A stretch of 63,567 nucleotides of DNA, the filler included, from Folioceros fuciformis (Eukaryota), in the NCBI GenBank assembly GCA_049999805.1. It is 9 parts of 9 records of this genome, joined end to end, with 100 filler letters (N's around TTAATTAATTAA, not from the genome) between each part and the next. Parts side by side here need not be neighbours in the genome. Positions count along the whole stretch, not along the records: positions 1 to 4,492 come from JBNGIO010003341.1; positions 4,593 to 10,688 come from JBNGIO010003342.1; positions 10,789 to 16,515 come from JBNGIO010003343.1; 6 more parts are not named here. One strand, 5' to 3'. How positions within the stretch are numbered: position 1 is the first letter of the stretch; each line of letters starts with the position of its first letter. A program made the position numbers and the translations under genes. Positions 1-12,518 of the stretch are shown here, piece after piece. The notes under the pieces are model-generated. The model did no database searches, was not told where the DNA came from, and was given only the letters and a program-made list of their open reading frames with translations.

Positions 1-3000
1 ATCATACTCGTGATGCGGAATCAACAAAAGCAGTATGGGATTCTCTTAATCTACACTATCCTAAGTTCACTAATAACTAGAACTAGTCTAGTATGAACCC
101 AACTGGGATAACTAACACCACATGAGTTTAGCTCATATAGAGCTCGATAACTCAACATTCTAGACGAAACAAAATGGTGTTCTCAAGCAAGCCACTCTTG
201 CGGCAAAGAAGTAACCTGGCCAGCCATTTGATTTCTCTATCTCGGAGTTGGTTGGAGCCCTCATGGAGGAAGAGGCCTCATGAGGCCTGCCCAGCACATT
301 CAATGCTGCAGCCCAAGGAAGAGCCCTCTTTGTGGTCAGAGGAAGAGGAAGAGGTCGAGGCCGCGGATGTGGCCGTCCTCCATATGGCAGTCAACCACCA
401 ACTACAGAACCACGAAGGAAAGGGAGTTGTCATCGATGTCAAATAGAGGGGCATTATGAAAGAATGCCAACGAAAAAAGGCTAGTCAGCCTAGGAGAGGT
501 AACCCTGCCAATACTAACATAGTACAGAAGCCACCTGTACTTCTAGTTGTCTACCTAGTTACCTCTCAGAATGACATGGCAAATTGGTACGTTGATAGTG
601 GTGCCTCTGCACACATTTGCCATACAAGATCACATTTTACCTCTTACATACGTAGTCAGCATGGCAGCTTTGTTCTCCTAGGTGATGATAGTGGTCTGAT
701 TGTCCAAGGTCGAGGCACAATTCATCTTAGGTGTGCAAGAGGTGAGATCCTGCAACTTGATGATGTCTATCATGTACCTCAGATGGCCCAAAAATCTGTT
801 ATCTGTTAGACAGCTCACAATGTCAGGGAGACATCAGGTTCAATTTACCAGACAACTATGTGCTATCCAAGACATTAGCAGCTCCCCACCAGTCTGCATT
901 TGTGAAGGGAGATTGCTACATGACCTTTATTGTCTTGAGTTAGAGTCTGCTCCAATCTCCAATCTTGCACGTTTTTTAAAAGCACAGTTATCAACCTTGT
1001 GGCATTGTCGGCTTGCTCATCGATATCAATTCACGTAAACTCATGAAACTTAGTCTTAGCAATCTTTACCTAGATAACGTACCTGCCCTGTCTGATGTCT
1101 CTTTCTGTGAGAGTTGCATTTACTCTAAGAGCTGAGTGTCCCCTTTCCCTATCGAACCTGCAACCAGAGCCACACATCCGTTAGATTTGGTCCATATAGA
1201 TCTATGTGGCCCTATGTCCTGTCCATCCTTCAGCCATTCATTGTATTTCATGCCAATGGTGGATGATGCCACGAGAATGACCTATACCTATTTTTTGAGG
1301 CACAAGTCAGAAGCTGCGGATAGATTCAAGGAGTACATAGATATGGCAGAACGCCAATTGGGCACTCAACTAAAGGCAATTAGAATAGATGGCGGAGGTG
1401 AATTTGTATCAGGTTCCTTTACACATCTTTGCATATCGAAGGGCATACTGATGTAGAGAAGTATACCTTATTCCCAGGCACAAAATGGGGTAGCTGAGTG
1501 GTGTCATCAGTGGGTTGTTGTGGCTACTCGCTCAATGCTTCATAGTGCAAATTTGCCCAAGACCTATTGGGCAAAGCTAATCTCAACAACCACTTACTTG
1601 AAAAATCGCCTCCCCACCTCAGCAGTTGACAGCATGACACCCTACTAGGCCTGGACAGGATGCAATCCCTCCTTATTGCATCTACGAGTGTTTGGAGCAC
1701 CTGCATATTCGCATATAACAAAGCAACTACGTTAGAAATTGGATTTGAAGGCCACCAAACTACTTTTTGTCGGCTACACGGAAGGCATCGAAGGCTACAA
1801 GTTGGTGCATCCCCAAACTCACTGGATTACATATTCGAGGAGTGTAGTTATCAACGAACAATCTCTATTGTTTAGTAGCAGTGGGAGAGATTTGAAGAAC
1901 TACCCAGTGGCATCTGATTCAGCCGATCCTCTACAGGTTGGTCCCTTGCAATTGGATTCTGATACTGTAGACATGAGTGAGAGCGATGCTGACCAACAGC
2001 TGTCGCTGTGGGATTCCGAGGACAGTGGGAGCATATACTTTGTCCCAGGGCCAGCTTCTAATCAATCTTTACACCTTGCACTTCCCACACCTGCACCTGC
2101 CATAGCTCCCCACAACGTGAAGTCAGCTCTTGTGCTTGTAGCACCTCCTCATACTCCTGCAGCACCTGGTCCAGTAGATCAGCCTCAGCCCGATCCTACG
2201 GCGCCTTCAGCGCCTGCAATGCGTCGCTCCACAAGGACGTGTAGACCCCCAACTTGGCTTGAGCCATACCACCTTGATAATGCTCGTGTAACCTTAGGGG
2301 AGGGACACGCCTCCTCGCGAGCAACATATGGGCACACATCAAGCCACACGCCTCATCTCTCGCACCTAGAACTTGCTCAAGCCTCATCAACAGATCCCGT
2401 TTCTACACCACCCTTTTTAAATCCCCAAAATACCGATGCTGCCTCCTTATCTAACTCAAAAATTGAATCTGTTTTAGATGTTAACTCATTAACCTCTGCC
2501 TCTACTTCACTAGTCCAAGCTTATATAGCAGCTACTAACCTTATTGAACGTGCTACACGTGAAGAAGCATTGTCTAGACCTCATAAGGAGAAGTGGGAGG
2601 CAGCTATATTATCAGAATATAATAGTTTGATAGAAAATAAAACTTGGAAACTAGTTAAACTTCCTAGTGGTAGGCAACCAATTACTCTTAGCATTTATCA
2701 AACTAAATATGTTCAAGAGCTTCTTCATCGTTTCAAGCTTGAGGCAGCTTGACCTACAGCCACTCCACTTGCAGCTGGACACACCTTATCTTCTCAAGAT
2801 AGCCCTACTATTGTTGAGGAACAGGAGAGGATGCTAAACACCCCTTATAGGAAGGCAGTAACATGTTTACTTTTCCTCAGTGGCTGGACTCGTCCAGATA
2901 TCACTCATGCTGTTTCCATTGTTTCGCAATTCCTCTCTAACCTTGGTTTTGCTCATTGGGTTGCGGTAAAACGCATTTACCGCTATTTATCCGGAACCAT

Positions 3001-3566
3001 GCATCTAGGACTTTAGTATAAGAAAACAGGAAGAGGAAGACAATATACTACTTGAGGGTTGGTCTGATGCTAACTGGGCAGCTAATCCTATGACCCAGAA
3101 AAGCATATCTAGTTATTGTTTCATCTTGCGTAGTGCTGCAAATTCATGGGCATGTAAGAAGCAACAAAGTGTCTCTTAGCTCAACTGAGAGTGAGTATGC
3201 TTCCTTGACACTTGCTAGTAAGGAGGCTGTAGCTGGAAGATCTTTATTAGCAAAGATGGATCAAGTCCAAGAGTCACCTACTTTATTGTATTGCGATAAT
3301 AATATGTCGGCAATAGCATTAACTAAGAATGCTAAGTACCATGCTCGAACTAAGCATATTGGTGTTCATCATCAACTAGTTGCGACAGTTAGTTGCGGAG
3401 CATTTTGTGATTAGACAATTAGTTGCGGAGCATTTTGTGATTATTGAGTATGTCCCAATGGAGCATAATCTCGCATATATATTTACCAAGGCCAAGTGCG
3501 GACTCCACATGCTGAACAGACCCCTGGGAAAGGATAGCTTTTCTTTTTTTTGGATTTGTGAGGGAG
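1..3566 (+). mobile_element. Degenerate Ty1/copia LTR retrotransposon (gag-PR-INT-RT-RNaseH), RT core deleted
   Basis: Gag-like AESTKAVWDSL at the start; frameshifted CCHC knuckle ~427-470; protease WYVDSGASAHIC; integrase LDLVHIDLCGP and IRIDGGGEF; RT start KTWKLVKLPSGRQPI joined directly to TLSIYQTKY; RNase H SSTESEY and YHARTKHI; purine tract GAGGGAG at 3560-3566 followed by TG. Many stops and frameshifts. Confidence 0.95.
73..157 (-). mobile_element. LTR 5'-end fragment of the copia family at 62340-63567, inserted in the gag of the first copia
   Basis: Reverse complement matches 63483-63567 at 84/85 nt and begins with the LTR-terminal TG. Confidence 0.85.
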
Positions 3567-3801
3567 TGTTGTAGAGAAAAGGTGGGGAGATTAGGTTAGA
3601 ATAGTAGCTAGATTGATGGTGAGTCGATAGGGTAGGTAGGTTGTGTGGTAGATAGGACGTGGGCTCTGGTTCCTGGGGTAAGGTGACGGAGGAATAGTAA
3701 ACCCTAGGACGTCATGGAAGGCGAGCGGGGCTCTCTCTAGTCAATGCTGGAGGAAGCGGTTGACGGGGATAGCGGTGCCTGGGACCGAGGGCCCGAGATC
3801 A

Positions 3802-4025
3802 GGCGGTCACGCAAGGAGGGCCTAAGGTTGTGGGGTGGTCACGCAAGGAGGGCCTAAGGTTGTGGGGCGGTCACGCAAGGAGGGCCTAAGGTTGTGGGCC
3901 GGTCACACAAGGAGGGCCTAAGGTTGTGGGGCGGTCACGCAAGGAGGGCCTAAGGTTGTGGGGCGGTCACGCAAGGAGGGCCTAAGGTTGTGGGGCGGTC
4001 ACGCAAGGAGGGCCTAAGGTTGTGG
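3802..4025. repeat. 32-bp tandem repeat, 7 copies, downstream of the copia PPT
   Basis: Unit GGCGGTCACGCAAGGAGGGCCTAAGGTTGTGG repeated head-to-tail, nearly identical, no spacers. Confidence 0.95.
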
Positions 4026-4492
4026 GAGCATCAGGTTCGGGGAAAGTTAGCCAGCCAGATGACCAGGTAGGGGGAGTGTCGCCTCAGGGTCAGTAGGCTG
4101 GAGGGTAGCCGGGTGAGTAATGGACTGGCTGTTCGGCTAGCCACACGGATCGGCTAACTTGGCCTGGGCGAGGCCAGGCAGCTGGCTGGCCAAGGGAGGA
4201 GTAGGCAGCAGCCAGGTAGGCGGCCTGGTTGCTGGCAGGCCGCATGGCCAGACCCAGGCCGGGGGCTGGGCCGGATCGGATAGGTTGCCTAGCAGGCAGT
4301 CGTGTAGGCTAGGCGGGCGGCGGCGGAGCACAAGCAAGTAGCAGCCTGATGGGGGGTTCGCTAGAGCTAGATAGGCGGATGGCTGGTTGGGGGCTGCTCG
4401 ACCAGTCGGCCTGGCGAGCTGCAAACAGGCCGGCACAGCCAGTTTGGCCTGGCTGCTCGGCCAGTCGGGCTGGTGGGATACAAGCTCAGGCA

Positions 4493-4592
4493 NNNNNNNN
4501 NNNNNNNNNNNNNNNNNNNNNNNNNNNNNNNNNNNNTTAATTAATTAANNNNNNNNNNNNNNNNNNNNNNNNNNNNNNNNNNNNNNNNNNNN
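4493..4592. other. Artificial contig-join linker
   Basis: N44-TTAATTAATTAA-N44; palindrome with stops in all six frames. Confidence 0.97.
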
Positions 4593-5089
4593 GACAACGC
4601 CGGTAGCTAAAGGGGCTACCGATAGTCGAGCGACAATGGAGGTAGCCAAAGTGGCTGCCGGTAGAGGAAAGACAACGCCGGTAGTCGAAGGGAGACGACG
4701 GTTGCAGAATCAGCAACCCAAGGTTGCTGAAACCCCTACTTGCAGCAGGAGGCCTGGAATAGCAATAATTGCAGCCAGAGTGACAGGAGGCAACCAGCAT
4801 CCTTGGAGGAGAGAGAGTGGACAGCCAGGATGGGTCAGTCAACAGCAGGAGTGAGGTGGATATTTTTGGAAGGATTTGACCAATCAGCAGCATGGAAGGG
4901 GAGCCTGAAGATTTTGTGTGGTAGGGGAAGGTGAGCCAGAAGAATAAATAGGAGGAGAGAGAGTGGCACCAAGGTAAGCCAGGAGTGGTTGCATCTGAAA
5001 ATAGTATTTGGATAAGATTTAGCAAGATGCTATTCTGACCTGGTGCCGCCTGCCATTAAGAGCAACTTTTTTTTTAAGTTGACTATTTT

Positions 5090-6872
5090 AGAACTAGACT
5101 TTATGACGGGCTGTGGCTCCTGCTCTTGGAAACTTTGTATAAAAGGGGCCTATTGGTGCCTCTCTGATTCGCAAATGTTTGAAACTCCTCCCGGTTGAGA
5201 TCCCCTGCGCTGTCCATGGCGAGACTAGAGAGGTCTGGGTGAGGTAGTGAGTGCGAGACGCTCCTAGAGGTAGTTGAGGATTTTTGCTCCACAGCTGAAA
5301 GTGAGGGGGACAAATCCACCGTTGTTGGATTGGAAGGAGCACCTCCTTCCCTTATTCCCTAAATGGCCACTTGTGTTTTGCAATGGAAAGTGAGGGGGAC
5401 GAATCCACCGTTGCTGGAGTGGAGGGAGAGCTTCTCCTTCCCTTATTCCCTGAGCTGGTTGACTGCATTTTTAATCTAGAGTTGAAGAGAGTGTGAGTTG
5501 AGAAGGAGAAGGAGAGTGTGAGAGAAGAGAATGTGTTGAGTTGAGGAGAAGGAGAAGGAGGAGGCTGAGAGTGATTGAGAGGAGGAGGAGAAGGAGGATG
5601 AGGAGCTGGAGTGAGTTGAGAAGAAGAGAGCGAGGACTGATTTTGGTCCGTAGCTGAGGAGAGGGGGACGAATCCACCGCTGCTGGAGTGGAGGGAGATT
5701 TCCTCCTTCCCTTATTCCCTAAACCATCAGCTGCGTGCTGAATCTAGTGAGGAGAGAGATATGGGAGGCTGAAGAGAACCGTGGAAGATTGCTGGAGGAG
5801 ATTTGCTGAGAAATCGTTGGGAAGTTGAGAAAGACTATTAAGGCTTGGACGAGATTGCTGGGGAATTTCTTGGGAATCCCTGGGCGTTTGTGGAGGACTA
5901 TGAGAGGCTGCTAGAGTTGCAGAAACATTGCTGGAAGAGCTGGAACGTTGCTGAAGAACTGAAGAGAAAACGGCTGAGAAGATTGCTGGAGAATGAAGGA
6001 AGAATGCTAAAGATTGGGTGTAAAATATGGAGAGTTTCTGCAAGATTTCGAGGTGTCTATGAGTGGCTGTGGGAGCTTATTGAAACCCATGAGGGATTGT
6101 GGGAGATTGCTGAAGATTTGTTGAAGATTGGTGGACAGTGTTGGATGAGACCCTTGGGGGTAGGCCTGTGAAAATAACCACGAACCAGAGCTCTTGTGTG
6201 TGATTTGCATGTGTGGAGTGTTGCTTGAGTGTGTGGGGAGGTGTGGCTGATCCACAAGGTTTTGTCCCCCAAGGATCAGCCCTTGCATGTGTGAGGAGCA
6301 TCGAATAACCGAGCCCTGTGAGTCTGGAATGTCCTGGGCAGAAACCCGTGGGTGGAAACCCGCGCTGGCACCTGCGCCGAAAATAATTAGTTAGGGTTTG
6401 GGGTGGGACCCACCACAGTAGTGGAAAGACGACGGAGGTAGCCGAAGCGGTTACCGGTAGTTGAAAGACGACGGAGGTAGCCGAAGCGGCTACCGGTAGT
6501 TGAAAGACGACGGAGGTAGCCGAAGTGGCTACCGGAAGTTGAAAGACGACGGAGGTAGTGGAATCCACTACCGGTAGTTGAGACCCTACCTCGGTAGTTG
6601 AAGGGTCGGTAGTTGTAGAGACCCCCACCCCGGTACACGAGTAGGTCCATCAGGTAGTCTAGGGTTGAGGTAGCTGAGTCGCGACGGAGGTAGCCGAGTC
6701 GCGACGGAGGTAGGGGTAGTTGAACCAAGAGGTAGTGGAGTTGGGGTAGTTAAAGTCTGTCCTAGGTAGTAACTCACTTTTAGAAGAAACCTGTGTTATT
6801 TGACACAAATCATTCCCTTGGGATTGAATCCCAGTGCTATAACGACAAAGAGGGTTTGTATGGACCTCGCAA
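5090..6872 (+). mobile_element. LTR-like dispersed repeat (family shared with 18740-19426)
   Basis: TATAAAAG ~5138; three internal copies of GAGGGGGAC(G/A)AATCCACCG...CTCCTTCCCTTATTCCCT; ~6050-6870 aligns colinearly with ~18760-19425; ends CCTCGCAACA. The 5' boundary is approximate. Confidence 0.6.
6424..6579. repeat. 39-bp tandem repeat, ~4 copies
   Basis: Unit GAAAGACGACGGAGGTAGCCGAAGCGG(C/T)TACCGGTAGTT; related motifs at 4593-4700 and ~18610-18650. Confidence 0.9.
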
Positions 6873-6894
6873 CACCCCCGGGTGCAATATTTTC

Positions 6895-7530
6895 CCCCAC
6901 AGTGGGGGTCATCTATAGTTTGGGGCGACAAAGTACTATTCTCATACCATACGGTGATGGTGTAAAGGTCCTTTGCTGGCCTATCATCACTCTAGGATAT
7001 CACCTCTCCTTTCTTCCCCAACAGACTGAAAACCAGCATTTTGCGATACCAATGTAATTTCTTCTACCAATTTCTTCTCCCATACCAATGTCTGTATACT
7101 CCCCTTCTTGTACCATGGTCGTAGTGCCTCCCTTGCTTCCGATATCAAATCAACTCCGTGCATTAGAATAACTCTAAATTTTTTTCTAGGATGTGCATTC
7201 GTTGAACCCTCGAATCATTTCATCCAACTCTGCTACATTCATTTGATTATCATACTCATGCCGCTGTAATCCTCGAGGTAAGTCTACAAATAGCAGCGTA
7301 TAGGGGCGTTTGACAAGAAAGGCCTTTATTTCCAGAACATTCCTTTGAATAACTTGATATTTCACCTCTGCGTTACTCGCCGAAACTTGGAAGTTCAATA
7401 AGGCTGCGTCCATATCAGCCGCCACCAGATTTTGCTTCTCTTCCATTCTTTTCCAGTATTTTGCCGAATATACAAAATCCTAGAATGGCTTCGGCAATGA
7501 CTCCAAGTCCGTTATATCTCCAGGTTTCTG
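6895..7530 (-). pseudogene. Degenerate N4-cytosine/N6-adenine DNA methyltransferase-like fragment (beta-class motif order)
   Basis: Minus-strand translation YQVIQRNVLE...PYTLLFVDLPRG...EYD, then after a stop and frameshift KFRVILMHG...IQTLVWEKK, then LVFSLLGKKG and IDDPHCGG. This resembles IIxGDxLE / DLIxTDPPYG / WD / IxWxK / VLDPFxGxG. Recognised by eye only. Confidence 0.5.
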
Positions 7531-7924
7531 CAACCAGAATAGTACTCGTTAGTGTGGCTACCGATAGGGCTACAGTAACCCTTAGTGGAGTGCACCGGTA
7601 GATCGTCGCAATGAGGCCCGAGACGGCAGGAGGGCGCCGGTCTATCGACGCACTCAGGGCGGAGCTGGCAGCATTGCGCCAGTCTAACGGCGCACTGAGG
7701 TCCAAGCCAGTAGGAGTGTGTCGGCCTACCGGCGCACTCAAGGCCGAGCTGGCAACAATGCGCCGGTGTGGGCAAGCGGGTACAGTACCCCTACCAGGCA
7801 CCCGCTCACATGTATCGTGACCACATCAATCCCACGGTCGTTGTAGGCTTCCCCGGAATCGCTCCTCTCTGAGCCTGGTCAGCTACGTATATCGTTCCCC
7901 TACAATAGTCAACCCTCCCAACCA

Positions 7925-8225
7925 CATACCTAGCAATCCTGCAACACGTTCTGTCAGTAGGTAGGCGCCATTCCTTCACTTGGAAGAGCCCCAATACCTC
8001 CCCTACCGATGTCTACCTTCCAATCACGTTCCTACCAATCCTGCAACACGTCCCGTCAGTAGGTAGGCACCATTCTTTCACTTGGAAGGGCCCCAGTACC
8101 TCCCTTACTGATTTCTACCCTCCAATCACGTTCCTACTAATCCTGCAACACGTCCCGTCAATATGTAGGCACCATTCCTTCACTTGGAAGGGCCCCAGTA
8201 CCTCCCCTACTGATTTCTACCTCCC
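7925..8225. repeat. 102-bp tandem repeat, ~3 copies
   Basis: AATCCTGCAACACGT recurs at 7935, 8037 and 8139 (period 102). Confidence 0.9.
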
Positions 8226-8422
8226 TACACTCAATACCTTTTCCTCACAAGGCTCCCTACAACACCTTCCTCTACCCACAATCTAGCTGCTCATCTCCCT
8301 ACGCCCAGCGACTAACAAGTTTTCCTCCGAGCCTACTCCGCTCCCTCCAACTTTGTTTATCGTTCGTCGACGACATTCAACCTTTCCCAGCGCATACCTT
8401 CAACACGTCCAGTCGGTAGGAA

Positions 8423-10688
8423 TGACACTATCAGAGAGCACACGGGAGCGCGTAGGCATAGAATAGAGAATACAATAGAAAGTAGTTACAGTCACGTGTC
8501 TTATGTACGTGACGGTTGTGGCGGTTGAATAAACTAACCTACCGACCTGTAAACCCTAGCTACATATATATATATAATATCACTCCCACTCAGGTCTAGG
8601 GTTTGTGATTTTCTTAATTTTTATAGCTATATATGCATGTCTATTGCTAAAGAAACTTAGGCCTAACCGAAGAAACTTCAAACTATTTAAAGAAACCTCG
8701 ACGAGACGAAAAAAAAGCTCGTCGCGAGAGGAAAGGTGGACTCTGCCCTAAAAGCCTAGTCCTATAGTTTTCAGTCTTCGGCCTTCAGCTCTTCAGCTCG
8801 TCAGCTCGCGTCTTCATCAGCTGAGATAGATTTCGAAGTGGACACCGCACTCCAACGGAAGGATTTGCCACCGGCACACAGCCCCATGCCCGACGCGTGC
8901 TCATAGTGTTTGATCTTCCCCAGCGGCTTGGTGAGGATGTCTGCAGTCATGCGATCAGTCGAGCAGTAGGTGATTCGAACTATACCTTGTGCAATTGTCT
9001 CCCTGATATAATGGTGTTGGACCTCGATGTGTTTAGTGCGCGCGTGGAACCTCGGGTTCATAGAAAGTGCGATTGCACTTTGGTTGTCGCAGAGAAGATC
9101 TATTGGCAGCTCTTGCTGGATTCCGAGCTCTCGGAGAGCTCCCACTAACCATGTAATTTCCTTCTAGGCTTCAGTCAGGCTCTTATACTTTGCTTCGGTT
9201 GACGAGAGTGCAATGGTGGATTGCTTGCGGCTGCTCCAGGAAATAGCACCGCCTGCCAGGATGGTTACATAACTCGAGATGCTCTTGCGGCTGTCCGGGT
9301 CTCCAGCCCAGTCCGCATCACTATAGACTACCAGCCTCAGGGCCTTCTCAGCATTTGCATTGTACAGGATTCCCCAATCAGTTGTGCCAAAGACATACCT
9401 GTAGACCCTTGTCATCAGGTCATTGTGAGAGCTATTGGGGTTTGACACAAACCGAGAAGTGAGGCCAGAGCAAAATGCTTGGTCAGGCCTCGTGCCAATC
9501 ATCAAATGCATAATACTGCCATTCTTAGACGGGTACTGTTCAACGAGAGCCTGACCAGATTCAGGTATGTCCCCTACCTGCTGCATGTATTTAACATTCT
9601 GTTCTACAGGGGTCGAGATTGGCTTGCAGCCTAGCATACCGTACCTGGACAGAATCTGACATGCATATTTTTGATGATGAAGGAATATGGTGCCTGCAGA
9701 TCTACCCTGAACAAGTTGCATTTTGAGGCAATAGACGAGGGCACCAGCAGAGGTAATCTTAAAGGCTCTCATCAGGGCCTCTTTCAGGTCATGAATCATT
9801 CGGAAAGAATTGCTCATGACAATAATGTCATCAACGTAAATTGCCAGAGCAAGAAAGTCTCTGCTTTCACGTTTGACATAAACATAGCTGTTTGCGTGCA
9901 GGTTTTCATAACCAAGCTCCCTCAAATAGGTGTCTATCCGAGCATACCAGGCTCGTGGGCTCTGCTTGAGCCCATACAGAGTCTTCTGGAGACGGCAGAC
10001 AGGCATAGGTATGTTTGTAGGGACTGAAACACCTTGAGGGATTTCCATATAGATTTCTTCCAGCAGATTGCCATATAGGAAAGCTGTGGTCACATCTAGT
10101 TGCTCTAGTTCGAAGTTGTTCACAGCAGCAAGAGCAACAAACATTCGCAGGGAATTTAATTTTACCACAGGGTTGAAGGTGTCGTCATAATCGACACCAG
10201 GTATCTGCGAATATCCTTTGGCCACAACTCTGGCCTTATACCTAGAAATGCTCCCATCTTGCTTAAGTTTGATTTTAAATACCCAGCGGCAACCTACTGG
10301 TTTTCTATGTGCAGGCAGACTTGTAATGCGCCACGTCTCATTCTCATATAAAGAAGCTAGCTCAGAATTAATAGCTAGCTGCCATTGAGCAGCATCAGGA
10401 CAGCTTAGTGCATTGTCATATGTCGGTGGCTCATAGAGCTGAGTATGAGCAGCCAAACAGTACGTGAGATTGGATTTCGGGTGCCTTAAGTCGTCAAGCA
10501 CTAGAAAGTCTGGTTGGCGATGTGCTCTTGCAGAACGACGAGGGGCAAGATGCTGACCTCCAGGTATAGCTAACTGAATAATCTCGTCGGACTCTTCATG
10601 GGCAGGAGTTGAGCTGGTTGAAGGTAAATCTGATAAGCTCTTGCTGCTGATTGCATGTCCAGGAGTGCGTACAGGTGTGTATGGCCTT
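8423..10688 (-). mobile_element. Ty1/copia retrotransposon 3' half (RT, RNase H, PPT, short putative 3' LTR)
   Basis: ORF 9164-10501 has GCRWVFKIK, YKARVVAKGY, QLDVTTAFL, YVDD and YSDADWAG; RNase H continues past a TAG (FHARTKHIEV, ADILTK); PPT GAGTGGGAG at 8583-8591; putative LTR 8582-8423 (TG...CA). Truncated by the linker. Confidence 0.92.
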
Positions 10689-10788
10689 NNNNNNNNNNNN
10701 NNNNNNNNNNNNNNNNNNNNNNNNNNNNNNNNTTAATTAATTAANNNNNNNNNNNNNNNNNNNNNNNNNNNNNNNNNNNNNNNNNNNN
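10689..10788. other. Artificial contig-join linker
   Basis: N44-TTAATTAATTAA-N44. Confidence 0.97.
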
Positions 10789-11650
10789 TCTCAAGTTAGA
10801 GAGAGGTGAAGTCAGAGAGAGAGAGAGGCTCCTATAAGATCAGGTGAGCCTGAAGGAAGAAGGAGTCATTCACTTTGGGGAGTCAGGCTATCTCTTCGTG
10901 AGCTCTTGGAGGTCCTCTCTTCATGAGCTCTTGTGGTCTGTCCCTGCTTGGTTTTTAGGACCTGCAGTGTGTTGCCGGCTGTGCAACGTCTGGTAGGATC
11001 GCAAGCCGTGTGTTGCCGGCTGTACAGTGTCTGGTAGGATCGCAGGCAGCGTCTTGCCGGCTGTACAGTGTCTGGTAGGATCACAAGGTGTAATGACCAG
11101 GGTGTAGGGGCTTGCCCCTAGCTCTTGATTGTAAAGGGTGTGTCTTTCTCTCAACCTGTCCACTCTTGTTCCTTGCTTGGTCAAGTGCTGTAGGCCGGCC
11201 ATGTCTCATGGCGTCTGGTAAGGTTGTGGGGAGGAGATACCCAAGAGGGGAGTGTGTTCCCTTCTTCCTTTTGTTTGGGGTTAGTCTAGTGACTCTTGCC
11301 GGGTAGGAGGAGTCAGTAGGGAAGTGTACAAGGTAGTGGTGTCGTTGCTGGTAGTTGCTGGTGTTGGTGCTGGAGTGAGAGTGAGTGAAGTGTGTGAGGA
11401 AAGTCGCAGATCTGAGAGGTTAGAGTCGTTGTAGTGACTGGATTGAGTTTGTGGCCACCAAGAGAGGTGCAGCTAACCGCCGGACAGCGAGGCCTGTCCT
11501 ACGCCTAATCGGAGCTGGAGGGGAGCCCTCGAATCCATCATCGAGTCGATCAAGTCCGACCCTCCATCCACAGCAGCAAGGAACCCTATCGCTCCTTCGT
11601 GGGAACGAAACCCAATGTCTCAACGACAGTGGGATAAGTGTGGCCACTAA
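10789..11650 (+). mobile_element. Partial LTR-like repeat related to 38794-40051
   Basis: Shared GA-rich/TATA region and shared terminus GGGA(A/T)CGAAACCCA...AACGACAGTGG(G/C)ATAAGTGTGGCCACTA; internal ~39-bp repeats at 10965-11085. Confidence 0.55.
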
Positions 11651-11694
11651 AGGTGGAACCCGTCGGCAATCAGTGCCCGGGGTTTTGCCTCCAC

Positions 11695-11868
11695 ACATGG
11701 CATGACAACCGGTTGTGGAAACAAGAGTGGGTAGAACCAGGGGACTTGGCATTGCTGTATGACAACAGATACATGCATTTTCCAGGCAAGCTTCACCTGC
11801 GATGGATGGGACCATACACGGTGGTCGAAGTCTTTGAGAATGCATCCATTCAGTTGCAGCAGTTGAAT
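11695..11868 (+). mobile_element. Ty3/Gypsy integrase C-terminal fragment
   Basis: GDLALLYDNRYMHFPGKLHLRWMGPYTVVEVFENASIQL (GPY/F motif), interrupted by the LTR at 11870. Confidence 0.8.
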
Positions 11869-11869
11869 G

Positions 11870-12163
11870 TTTAGGGTTATTAAAGCCCAATGTGCTTAGA
11901 CTAATGTGTTTAGTCTAAGATTAGTGTCTAGTTAAGTATCATTAGTTTAGATTAGCTTAAGCTAATCTGTAAGAAGCTTCTTGCGCAGCTTCCTAGGGAG
12001 CTCTTCTAGAGGGTATAAATACCCCTTGAGCTCCCTTGCATATAGAGACTCATTGTGAGAGTGCGACCTCTCTTTCTCCTCCTCCTTGCCTCCTCCTCCT
12101 TGCCTCCTCCTCTCCTTCTTCACCATGTAGCTCCTATAACGATCCTACAAGTGGTATCAGAGC
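11870..12163 (+). mobile_element. Copia-family LTR followed by tRNA-iMet PBS
   Basis: LTR 11870-12149 ends CCTACA; TGGTATCAGAGC at 12152-12163; same LTR family as 12721-12891 and 17208-17503. Confidence 0.85.
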
Positions 12164-12518
12164 TTGGGTTTGGAGCAAGGGTGATGGTGCGCTGAGGCTT
12201 CGGAGTGATGGCAGCATCGGAGTGAATGGGATTCTTGTGCGGCATCTTGAGTGCAGAGGTCTTTGCCCCCACGGTGCAAGGCAGTGTGTTGGACTCACGT
12301 TGTGCCTTGAACAGGTTGATCGGGTTGGAAGCCTCGGTAAAGATTGTCGGGAGACAGATCTGTGATGATTCTCTTGGCAAGCTTTGCAGACGAAACCCGT
12401 TATGATGGAAGGAAAATTGTCAACATCTATGTTGACCTTCCACCTGGGCTCGCGTGAGGCAATCCCTCTCTTAGGCATCGTGCCTTGCCGCACATGGGCG
12501 CTCGTGCAAATTACACTG

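Noticed and set aside
3802..4025. CRISPR array (32-bp repeats)
   Set aside because: The repeats are contiguous with no unique spacers, there are no cas genes, and the context is a plant retroelement.
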